A DNA stretch of 64,000 nucleotides, from the NCBI GenBank assembly GCA_020891255.1, contig BQFW01000012.1:1736001-1800000 (forward strand), in the 5' to 3' direction. The position numbers and the translations under genes were made by a program. This DNA comes from Entomortierella parvispora E1425 (taxonomy: Eukaryota; Fungi; Mortierellomycota). How positions within the stretch are numbered: the first letter of the stretch is position 1; every line of letters begins with the position of its first letter. Positions 35,649 through 45,077 of this stretch are shown piece after piece. Under the pieces are notes generated by a model. The model saw only the letters and a program-made list of their open reading frames with translations, did not search any database and was not told where the DNA came from.

Positions 35649-38600
35649 TATGTACCATAGTCGGCCAAAAAAAAAAAAAGATCCATTTTGCCTTCTGTAT
35701 GCATGCAATTGACAGGCATCCTCTAAGTCATGGAGGGTGATAGTCCAGTGAGCTCTGACCTTGTCCGGTCCGGAAGACTGGAGCGGGTATCAGCCGTGTT
35801 TCTTTCCTCTGGTATTGATCTACCCCCGGTCAACCCTCAGTCAAAAAAAAAAAAAAAAAACCTCTGCATGCAAGAGTAGACCATTCCTAATTGGGACTTC
35901 TGGCGACTCGCAAGGACTCGCAAGACGGTATGTGTACCATGGTCGGCCAAAAGAAAAAAAAAAGTGCATTTTGCCTTCTGTATGCATGCAATTGACAGAC
36001 ATCCCCTAGGTCATAGAGGGTGATAGTCCAGTGGGCTCTGACCTTGTCCGGTCCGGAAGACTGGAGCGGGTATCAGCTGTGTTTCTTTCCTCTTGTATTG
36101 ATCTACCCCCGGTCAACCCTCGGTCAAATAAAAAAAAATCCTCTGCATGCAAGAGTAGACCATTCCTAATTGGGACTTCTGGCGACTCGCAAGGACTCGC
36201 AAGACGGTACGTGTACCATGATCGGCCAAAAGAAAAAAAAAAGTGCATTTTGCCTTCTGTATGCATGCAATTGACAGACATCCCCTAGGTCATAGAGGGT
36301 GATAGTCCAGTGGGCTCTGACCTTGTCCGGTCCGGAAGACTGGAGCGGGTATCAGCTGTGTTTCTTTCCTCTTGTATTGATCTACCCCCGGTCAACCCTC
36401 GGTCAAATAAAAAAAAAAAAGCCTTTGCATGCAACAGTAGACCATTCCTAATTGGGACTTCTGGCGACTCGCAAGGACTCGCAAGACGGTATGTGTACCA
36501 TGGTCGGCCAAAAGAAAAAAAAAAGTGCATTTTGCCTTCTGTATGCATGCAATTGACAGGCATCCTCTAAGTCATGGAGGGTGATAGTCCAGTGAGCTCT
36601 GACCTTGTCCGGTCCGGAAGACTGGAGCGGGTATCAGCCGTGTTTTCTTTCCTCTGGTATTGATCTACCCCCGGTCAACCCTCAGTCAAAAAAAAAAAAA
36701 AAAAACCTCTGCATGCAAGAGTAGACCATTCCTAATTGGGACTTCTGGCGACTCGCAAGGACTCGCAAGACGGTATGTGTACCATGATCGGCCAAAAGAA
36801 AAAAAAAAGTGCATTTTGCCTTCTGTATGCATGCAATTGACAGGCATCCCCTAGGTCATAGAGGATGATAGTCCAGTGAGCTCTGACCTTGTCCGGTCCG
36901 GAAGACTGGAGCGGGTATCAGCTGTGTTTCTTTCCTCTTGTATTGATCTACCCCCGGTCAACCCTCGGTCAAATAAAAAAAAATCCTCTGCATGCAAGAG
37001 TAGACCATTCCTAATTGGGACTTCTGGCGACTCGCAAGGACTCGCAAGACGGTACGTGTACCATGATCGGCCAAAAGAAAAAAAAAAGTGCATTTTGCCT
37101 TCTGTATGCATGCAATTGACAGACATCCCCTAGGTCATAGAGGGTGATAGTCCAGTGGGCTCTGACCTTGTCCGGTCCGGAAGACTGGAGCGGGTATCAG
37201 CCGTGTTTTCTTTCCTCTGGTATTGATCTACCCCCGGTCAACCCTCAGTCAAAAAAAAAAAAAAAAAACCTCTGCATGCAAGAGTAGACCATTCCTAATT
37301 GGGACTTCTGGCGACTCGCAAGGACTCGCAAGACGGTATGTGTACCATGATCGGCCAAAAGAAAAAAAAAAGTGCATTTTGCCTTCTGTATGCATGCAAT
37401 TGACAGGCATCCCCTAGGTCATAGAGGATGATAGTCCAGTGAGCTCTGACCTTGTCCGGTCCGGAAGACTGGAGCGGGTATCAGCTGTGTTTCTTTCCTC
37501 TTGTATTGATCTACCCCCGGTCAACCCTCGGTCAAATAAAAAAAAAAAGCCTTTGCATGCAACAGTAGACCATTCCTAATTGGGACTTCTGGCGACTCGC
37601 AAGGACTCGCAAGACGGTATGTGTACCATGGTCGGCCAAAAGAAAAAAAAAAGTGCATTTTGCCTTCTGTATGCATGCAATTGACAGGCATCCTCTAAGT
37701 CATGGAGGGTGATAGTCCAGTGAGCTCTGACCTTGTCCGGTCCGGAAGACTGGAGCGGGTATCAGCCGTGTTTCTTTCCTCTGGTATTGATCTACCCCCG
37801 GTCAACCCTCAGTCAAAAAAAAAAAAAAAAAAACCTCTGCATGCAAGAGTAGACCATTCCTAATTGGGACTTCTGGCGACTCGCAAGGACTCGCAAGACG
37901 GTATGTGTACCATGATCGGCCAAAAGAAAAAAAAAAGTGCATTTTGCCTTCTGTATGCATGCAATTGGCAGACATCCCCTAGGTCATAGAGGATGATAGT
38001 CCAGTGAGCTCTGACCTTGTCCGGTCCGGAAGACTGGAGCGGGTATCAGCTGTGTTTCTTTCCTCTTGTATTGATCTACCCCCGGTCAACCCTCGGTCAA
38101 ATAAAAAAAAATCCTCTGCATGCAAGAGTAGACCATTCCTAATTGGGACTTCTGGCGACTCGCAAGGACTCGCAAGACGGTACGTGTACCATGATCGGCC
38201 AAAAGAAAAAAAAAAGTGCATTTTGCCTTCTGTATGCATGCAATTGACAGACATCCCCTAGGTCATAGAGGGTGACAGTCCAGTGGGCTCTGACCTTGTC
38301 CGGTCCGGAAGACTGGAGCGGGTATCAGCTGTGTTTCTTTCCTCTTGTATTGATCTACCCCCGGTCAACCCTCGGTCAAATAAAAAAAAAAATCCTTTGC
38401 ATGCAACAGTAGACCATTCCTAATTGGGACTTCTGGCGACTCGCAAGGACTCGCAAGACGGTACGTGTACCATGGTCGGCCAAAAGAAAAAAAAAGATAC
38501 ATTTTGCCTTCTGTATGCATGCAATTGACAGACATCCCCTCGGTCATAGAGGATGATAGTCCAGTGGGCTCTGACCTTGTCTGGATCAGAAGACTGGAGC

Positions 38601-38833
38601 GGGTATCAGCTGTGTTTCTTTCCTCTTGTATTGATCTACCCCCGGTCAACCCTCGGTCAAATAAAAAAAAAGCCTTTGCATGCAACAGTAGACCATTCCT
38701 AATTGGGACTTCTGGCGACTCGCAAGGACTCGCAAGACGGTACGTGTACCATGGTCGGCCAAAAGAAAAAAAGATACATTTTGCCCTCTGTATGCATGCC
38801 ATTGACAGACATCCCCTAGGTCATAGAGGATGA
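35649..38833. repeat. Tandem array of 11 full and 1 partial units of 279-284 bp inside the MULE
   Basis: Units start (GTGTACCAT) at ~35649, 35932, 36211, 36493, 36777, 37056, 37340, 37621, 37905, 38184, 38465 and 38744. They differ mainly in poly-A length and in roughly a dozen substitutions. Confidence 0.97.
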
Positions 38834-38991
38834 TGGTCCGACATGTTCTTCTGGTTCGAAACAAAGGGACTGACTCGACTGACTCGTACATCCAGGCTTC
38901 TTGTGTCAGCAACTCCCACATGTATAAATATGTGTACTTGCGGCATCCAGTTCTGTATCTTGTCCTCCTCATCGTTCTCACCTCTTCCAAC

Positions 38992-39843
38992 ATGCCTCGT
39001 GGTGCTTGCACTTACGGCTATTGCGCGCTAGGTCTCCTCCCCCCTGCCGAACCCAAGACCAAAAATCAGAAGAACCATGTTGCAGGGTATCACGTCGACA
39101 ACCCCATCAAGTTCATGTGCGGGTACACTGATCGACAAGTCACCTTTAGTCGAATTCCCACAAAACACATGGATTTCGTCTGCTACTGTGGCCTGACGTT
39201 CACCCTTAACTCTTCGATCCATCGCCATTACCATTACTGTGCCGTTGCCAGGGACGCCGCCCTAAATGCAATCGCACATCCACCTCCTCCTGGTGCAGGT
39301 GGTGCAGGCGATGGCAATGGCGTTATTGTTGCGCCGGCGCCTCCTTCAACGGCCCTGGTGGTAGCGGAGCGCAGCGTCGGGAGCATTCTGGAGGAAAAGT
39401 TGATTGAGCAACATCAAGCCTTCCTGGAGACGTTCACAGGACAGAGCGCGAAGCTCGTCGAGAGCATGACCCAGTCTCAGTTGTCGTTTCTGAACACCTT
39501 CACCGCTTCGTATGCTGAACAAGCTGTGGCACATCAGCGCAGCATCGCTGAACATAACCGCTTGGCCTTAGAGGAGCAGCGCACGGCCCTCGAGGAGCAG
39601 CGAGCTGCCATTGAGATGCAGCGAGCAGCTGTTGAGGAACAGAGAGTGTTCTACAATCGCCATCAAAACAATCAAGCAGAGATAATGGCCGAGCAGAAGC
39701 TTACAAGGGACGAGGTTAGAAACCTCATGTCACTCAAGCGCGATCGATCTTTCACGTTGGAAGTCAGCGAGCGAGCACTCAAAGGCCTTCAGAGTGACCC
39801 ATCTTACATGGTCAGCCCCTGCCAGGACGACGAGGACATGTGA
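38992..39843 (+). CDS. MULE cargo gene: two atypical zinc-finger-like motifs plus coiled coil (283 aa)
   Basis: Intact ATG-TGA ORF. Motifs CTYGYC-x17-HVAGYH and CYCGLTFTLNSSIHRHYHYC, a Pro/Gly linker, and LEEQR heptad repeats. Confidence 0.75.
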   Translation: MPRGACTYGYCALGLLPPAEPKTKNQKNHVAGYHVDNPIKFMCGYTDRQVTFSRIPTKHMDFVCYCGLTFTLNSSIHRHYHYCAVARDAALNAIAHPPPPGAGGAGDGNGVIVAPAPPSTALVVAERSVGSILEEKLIEQHQAFLETFTGQSAKLVESMTQSQLSFLNTFTASYAEQAVAHQRSIAEHNRLALEEQRTALEEQRAAIEMQRAAVEEQRVFYNRHQNNQAEIMAEQKLTRDEVRNLMSLKRDRSFTLEVSERALKGLQSDPSYMVSPCQDDEDM

Positions 39844-40091
39844 AAGACAGATAGTGCGCAATCCCACGTCGACGAAGTGTAACAGGTTATGTTCGCAATT
39901 ATTCAATAAAAATATTCTTGCGAAATATCTTCTGATGCTATGGCGGACGAGGTGGACTTTTTTTTTTTTTACATATTATTTGCTATGTCGAGACAGTGAA
40001 GCGAAGTGCGAGAACAAACTACTAACAATGAAGCCCGAATCCCCGCGCAACAAATGCCACGACTCATCGCTGTTTAATAAAGAATAAAATG

Positions 40092-40748
40092 TTACAAAAG
40101 TGTCGATATATGAACCTGGCCACGCACACCAGCCAGTAAGCGCTGGTCTGCCAGCTTAAGGTCATCTTGGGCATCTGGGCAACGGCCTTGGTGGTGGCCG
40201 GAGTGAGGTTTACCGCATTGGCAGGTGTCTGGTGGTAAGATCGTAGCAAATGCATTGTTCCAAGGTTGGCCTCGCTGTGCTTGCTTCTTCATCTTGGAGC
40301 GGATGCCTTGAGTCTTCTCCCAGGCAATAGTAACCTCGCCGCGTGTCTTCCGGATACGTGCAAGAGTATCCCTATCCTGACGACGGATAAGTTGATGAGC
40401 AACTGCGACCACGACCGAGTGAGGGCCTTTAATAATTGGAGTCCAGGCCTTGATCGAAGCGCAGTGTAACACTCCTTGGTAGGCAGTGACGACCGACTGA
40501 GCCGATGCCAACGGGGCTGGTGCCAACGGGCTGGTGATCTGTCCCCTCACAGGAGGACAGGTCGTTGGCGAGTCATGGAAGGCAGAGTACAATGATGTCC
40601 ACAAAGCCGTGTCCGATGGCTGGTACCATGGAGGCGGTTTCGGGCGGCAACTTCGGGTTTGCGGGCTTGTTGCGAACGAGGTGGAGCTCACTATCTGACA
40701 ACCCAGGTTTCCATGCAATTTTCCAAAGTGTGACTGGTGGGTTGTCAA
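40092..40748 (-). other. Open frame near the right end of the MULE; possible second cargo gene (no in-frame ATG until late)
   Basis: 218-codon open frame with a basic helix (RRQDRDTLARIRKTRGEV) and CQCGKPHSGHHQGRC. Start unresolved. Confidence 0.3.
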
Positions 40749-40786
40749 ACAAAACGAACAACCTGGGTTGTCAAATAGATAAATCC
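40737..40786. repeat. Right terminal inverted repeat of the MULE
   Basis: Reverse complement is GGATTTATCTATTTGACAACCCAGGTTGTTCGTTTTGTTTGACAACCCAC. Confidence 0.92.
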
Positions 40787-40844
40787 TTTTTTTTTTTTTT
40801 TTTGAGACTTTCTGAGCACTTCCAGCGTGCTCGAGAAAGGATTT

Positions 40845-43169
40845 TTATTTTTTTGAGTCGTGCGATTCTATAGAAGTGGGAGAGGACGGGGGGTCTGGGA
40901 ACGAACGCAGGAGCACCGAATTCGATCGATTTTGTTTAGTTTCGATAGCCAAACTTTTGTGGGCTGTCACGGGTGGTGGAGGAGGAAGTGGGGGAGGGAC
41001 GTAGGCAGTTGAAATAGCATCAGTACTGGAAGCCAGACCAGTGTCGATCGGTTCCTGAGCAGGGTCTGCAAACGGATCTCGTTCCAATTCTGGATCCATC
41101 ATAATAACCTCGTTGGAATCAAATGTTTGAAAAGGGTCGTTTGTGGACGTTAGAGAGGGAACGGAACTTGTGCGCCGATCGTCGCTGGTCATGGTGATCG
41201 AAGTTTCGGTCCGCGATGGTACTGCAAGATTATGCTCGCTGTAGTAACGTGTATAGTATTCGAGTTGACGTTGCTCATGCCTCAGGGCCTTGATACTCAG
41301 GTGCTCCAAAAACTCTGAATTCACTCGGGTGGGGAACCCAAGGGCCTGTTGATGTGCCTCATCTGTCATATTGCTGTTACTGTCGTCGAAAAAGTTGGAA
41401 GAAGGGGTAGAGCTATCAAAGGTTGTAAAACTCCGGAGTCGACTTTGCAAACCAGTCGAGATGGATCGATTCACGTAACTCTGGATCGAGTTCACGGTGC
41501 TGCGAAACGGGTTTCGCACCCAGCCCTTGTAGGCCGCGTCTAGATCCTCGCTCTCCTCCCCCTCTTCAATAGAGTCGTGATGTCGTTCTGCTCTTGATGA
41601 GGAAGAAGTGTCATCAAACCCAAGGATAACTGCCTTGTGCGACTGAGAAGAGGGCGATGGTGGGGGGAGTGCAGAGCGCTCTGCCCTTGCAGCCATGGCC
41701 GCCACCCAGTAATCGCGAACGACCGAGGACACCTCTTCATCACCACTGGCTTGTGCTGAGGACGAGATCGAGAGCACGTCTGAGGTGGAGGATGGTGTCA
41801 GCACCGAGGATGATGATGATCGTTTCCATTCACCAGATGACGGCAGATGAGCAAGGGGCGGGTATGAAAGGATGGACGACTGTCGCCATGCACCAAGATC
41901 AAGCTCAGAGATATCGTCCAAAAGCGAAGAAGACTTGGCAACAGTGGGCACCATCGGCACTGCACCAACGGCCCGAACCATAATCAAATCGGGGAGATCC
42001 TTTTGATTTTGGGCAATGACGGACTTGACTTGATGGGGTTTTTCTGTGGAAGGGTAATCGTCTTCATAATAATCGTCGTCGCGCATCATGTGGAAATGGT
42101 CGTTTTCATCCTTTAGAGAACCCTTGAGGCCGCGTCCCTGAAGGCGCAGACGCTTCTTAAGACCAAGACCATCTGCTCCGTCGCGGGGATGGTGATGTCG
42201 GGCCCTGCGTCTTCTCAGGACAAGGAACGAGGCCACAGCCGCGATAATAGCAAATCCACAGATGCTACCAAGCGTGGCTCCGATGGTGGTCGCACGGTTT
42301 GATTTGACTGTTGTACCACTCGAGCCTTGAGTGGAGGGGTCATCAGGCAATGGAGGCAATGGAGGCAGATTTAAAGGTCGACCGCCATACCCGCCACCAC
42401 TACCGCTTCCTGTAGGGGTTGTCCCGATGGGTGCGTTTGTTGGGAGAGAGCTTGACGAGCCTGTGGCCACAGGAAGGACTGTGCTCGAAGTCACAGCGCT
42501 TGGGAGAGTGGTAAGCGATGATTTTGGGGGATTGGTTGCCTGCACTGGGTTGGTTGTAGGGTGAGGAGGAGTGGACGATGTTACCACTGGTGGTGGAGGG
42601 GAAGGAGGAGGGGTGGTCACCACCACAGCTTTTGGATCCATCATAAAGTAACAGGCGCCGTTTTGAGTGTTTGTGCCTCTTTGCCCCCGAGCTACGATTC
42701 GAATCGCGACATCTTTGGCGAGCTCACCACAGTTGGGGACATTAAACTGATACTGGCCCTGGGTTGAGATGAGACCTCTGTTGGAAAATAAGGTGGATAT
42801 AGTGCGCCATATGCCGCCTTTCGGTCCATCAATGTCCATGCAATAGAGCGTTGCAGTTATACTGTCATAGGTCGAGAGGTCGGCACTTGAAGCTTGCCAG
42901 GTCAACAGAGATGTTTGACCGGGCTGAACTTCGGTGTTATAGTTGGGGTACGTGCACTGAAATGCTTCGGAAACTGTGGAGAAAAAGGATTGGAAGAGAA
43001 CAAAGCAAGCAACGGACAGAGAGAGCGGAGAGGGTTTGTGCAGGTATCGCCGTGGTTGTTGTGAGAGCTGTGATGAGGGCGAAAAGTCGAGTGAGGTTGA
43101 TGAGGAAGAGGAGGGGACTTCGACTGTAGATCGTAATGATCGGGGCGCGGAGGATCTGAAAAATGTCAT
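40845..43169 (-). CDS. Type I membrane, receptor/sensor-like protein (774 aa); paralog of 200-2329
   Basis: The likely ATG is MTFFRSS (43169). It has the same extracellular domain (TATLYC...WRTISTLFSNRGL...PNCG), a stalk, a TM (IGATLGSICGFAIIAAVASFLVL) followed by RRRR, and shared tail motifs. Confidence 0.8.
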   Translation of the reverse strand: MTFFRSSAPRSLRSTVEVPSSSSSTSLDFSPSSQLSQQPRRYLHKPSPLSLSVACFVLFQSFFSTVSEAFQCTYPNYNTEVQPGQTSLLTWQASSADLSTYDSITATLYCMDIDGPKGGIWRTISTLFSNRGLISTQGQYQFNVPNCGELAKDVAIRIVARGQRGTNTQNGACYFMMDPKAVVVTTPPPSPPPPVVTSSTPPHPTTNPVQATNPPKSSLTTLPSAVTSSTVLPVATGSSSSLPTNAPIGTTPTGSGSGGGYGGRPLNLPPLPPLPDDPSTQGSSGTTVKSNRATTIGATLGSICGFAIIAAVASFLVLRRRRARHHHPRDGADGLGLKKRLRLQGRGLKGSLKDENDHFHMMRDDDYYEDDYPSTEKPHQVKSVIAQNQKDLPDLIMVRAVGAVPMVPTVAKSSSLLDDISELDLGAWRQSSILSYPPLAHLPSSGEWKRSSSSSVLTPSSTSDVLSISSSAQASGDEEVSSVVRDYWVAAMAARAERSALPPPSPSSQSHKAVILGFDDTSSSSRAERHHDSIEEGEESEDLDAAYKGWVRNPFRSTVNSIQSYVNRSISTGLQSRLRSFTTFDSSTPSSNFFDDSNSNMTDEAHQQALGFPTRVNSEFLEHLSIKALRHEQRQLEYYTRYYSEHNLAVPSRTETSITMTSDDRRTSSVPSLTSTNDPFQTFDSNEVIMMDPELERDPFADPAQEPIDTGLASSTDAISTAYVPPPLPPPPPVTAHKSLAIETKQNRSNSVLLRSFPDPPSSPTSIESHDSKK

Positions 43170-45077
43170 TGTGATCTTCCGGAAGAGGCGAGGAGGTGAA
43201 GAGAGAAAGAGAAATGAGGAAAAGTAAGGAAGGGGAGCTTGAATAGACAGAGGTGGCAATCCCAAGGACAGAGGGGAATAGACCGAACGAAGAGGCAAAG
43301 GGCACAAGAAGAAGAAAGAGGTTGATATAAAGAACAGGGAAGGGAAGGAAAAGAAGGAAAGAGAGAGGATGGCGCAGGCCTGAGGAAAGACATTCTTCCG
43401 AGGACTTGAGAAAATGGTGGTGTGCAGATTGCATTCAGAAAGCGGGAACGGGGACGGTGGGACCTGCAGTAGCCCAAATGGGGGTCGGCTGTCAGAGAGG
43501 GTTTCGATATCAAACATCTGAGCTCTTTGCAAGGCTTCTGGAGATTGCCCGTAGCAAGTAAACATGCCCGGGGGTTGTTTGCACTTTTTGCAGTGTTGTG
43601 GAGTGAAAAGTGACCAAAAACAGGCCAGAACGCGAGATGGCCGCGAGTGATTGGGAACGGTCCATTTTTTTCAGATCTCTTATCAAGGCCGCACAAGAGC
43701 CACTGTGCAACGCGAGAATTGCCGACAAAAAATCGACAGAGTAGCATTTCCCACAACCCCCCAAGCACTTTACACGGAGGGCGTAAAGCAAGCCGGAGTC
43801 ACTCGATCTATAGTAGCTAGCCCTACTCAAAGATGAAGAATGGGCACAGAATAGGGAAGAGCAGAGCAGCCAAAGAGCTGAAGAAGAAGGGCATGGGCCA
43901 CGTATCTTTCGGGAAACCTCCACCACACGGACAAGGGTGCCTTTCATTTCCTTTTTTTATTTTTTTTTGATCGATCAAATCTCATCTTCACTACTGCCAG
44001 ATACTCACAAGTTGACCAGACAGTCTTGTCATTCTGTTGAGTTGTCGAGTCTGGAGGGCACGGCAAATAGGCCTCCATGCAGGCCGCGGGTGTGTGTCAG
44101 AGTGCGCCCAGCTGTTTAAAACAGCGAACACAACCAGACATTTCGGCAACAGTGCGGCGAAGAACTGCAGCGGAGGTTGCCCTTGCACAGCAATTGAGTA
44201 CCCTGCGCCCTTCCCGTGCCCCCAAACTGTACCCTCATGCCCCCTGGCACCCTATACCCTCATGCCCCCCTGCCCCCCTGCCCCTCCTTACCCCCCTGCC
44301 CCACCTCAATGCATCATGTCTCGCATCCACTTTGGACCGTGGGCCAGGGAGTTGGTACATGGTGTGTTCCCAGCAGCTTTCGGCCTTTTTTACATGAGCG
44401 TGTTTCGGGTGAATACCTTGTAGCGAGTACTGTACGTGTTACATGTCACGGTGAAAGCTACCAAGATACCGAGTACTTTTTGTATGTATCGCAGACCCGT
44501 GCGTCGCTGCTTTCAGACCGGGGACTTGATCGTATTCGCATCTCAGTGCTCCCCAAGTTGGCTCACTCATTGCCGATTCGAGGAATATGGTCAAAGACGA
44601 AAGAAAAAATGCTCTTTTGTTCGATTAATTGTCGGAAGAAGACAAGGACGTCAGAGCTTTCCCTTCATTCTTTTTCTTCTTTTCCGATGGGGGCTGAGAT
44701 CCGCATGGGCCAGACTGCTTAGACAAGGGGCCTCATAAGTGGTTTACAAATGCCCCATTAGCAACAAATTGAAAAGGGAGTCTACATTCCAACGAATCTC
44801 AGCAAAAAAAAAAAGAGCATCAGATTTTTTTTTCTTTTTTTTAATTTGCGAAGTGGGTTCATTTGCAGGGAGCATCGAGTGTGGTCCACGCATTGCCTGG
44901 TGATGAGACACACGGGCCCTCGTAGACAATATGTTGATGGATATATTACGCGGTTTTATTATACAGGTGTGATTGAGCGGGGCGTTGTAGTTCAAGAAAA
45001 AAAAAGATGGTATGGAGAAGTGGCCGGGGCAATGACTGGGGCTATGACTGGAGCCAAGTGCATGAGCTTTTTTTCGT

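Larger units (their letters stand above)
31178..40786. mobile_element. Full-length Mutator-like element (MULE), 9,609 bp, with cargo genes and an internal tandem array
   Basis: TIRs 31178-31227 and 40737-40786 match at 46/50 positions. T12 and T17 runs flank the element, compatible with a 9-bp poly-T TSD. It contains a MULE transposase. Confidence 0.92.

Noticed and set aside
35649-38833. CRISPR-like array or hammerhead ribozyme array
   Set aside because: Units are ~282-bp contiguous repeats with no unique spacers, and the host is eukaryotic. I found no CUGAnGA/GAAA hammerhead core with supporting stems on either strand.
35761-38833. The many 64-145-aa ORFs the track reports on both strands of the array
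   Set aside because: Their frames open and close with poly-A tract length, so they are by-products of the repeat. Only the spliced model is kept, as a hypothesis.
40845-43565. 906-aa version of the membrane protein
   Set aside because: The first ~130 codons translate a CT-rich leader from a non-ATG start. The first ATG is at 43169.
43600-45050. Short ORFs and C-rich CCCCTG repeats around 44230-44300
   Set aside because: No recognisable motif, splice structure or terminal repeats. Treated as intergenic low-complexity DNA.
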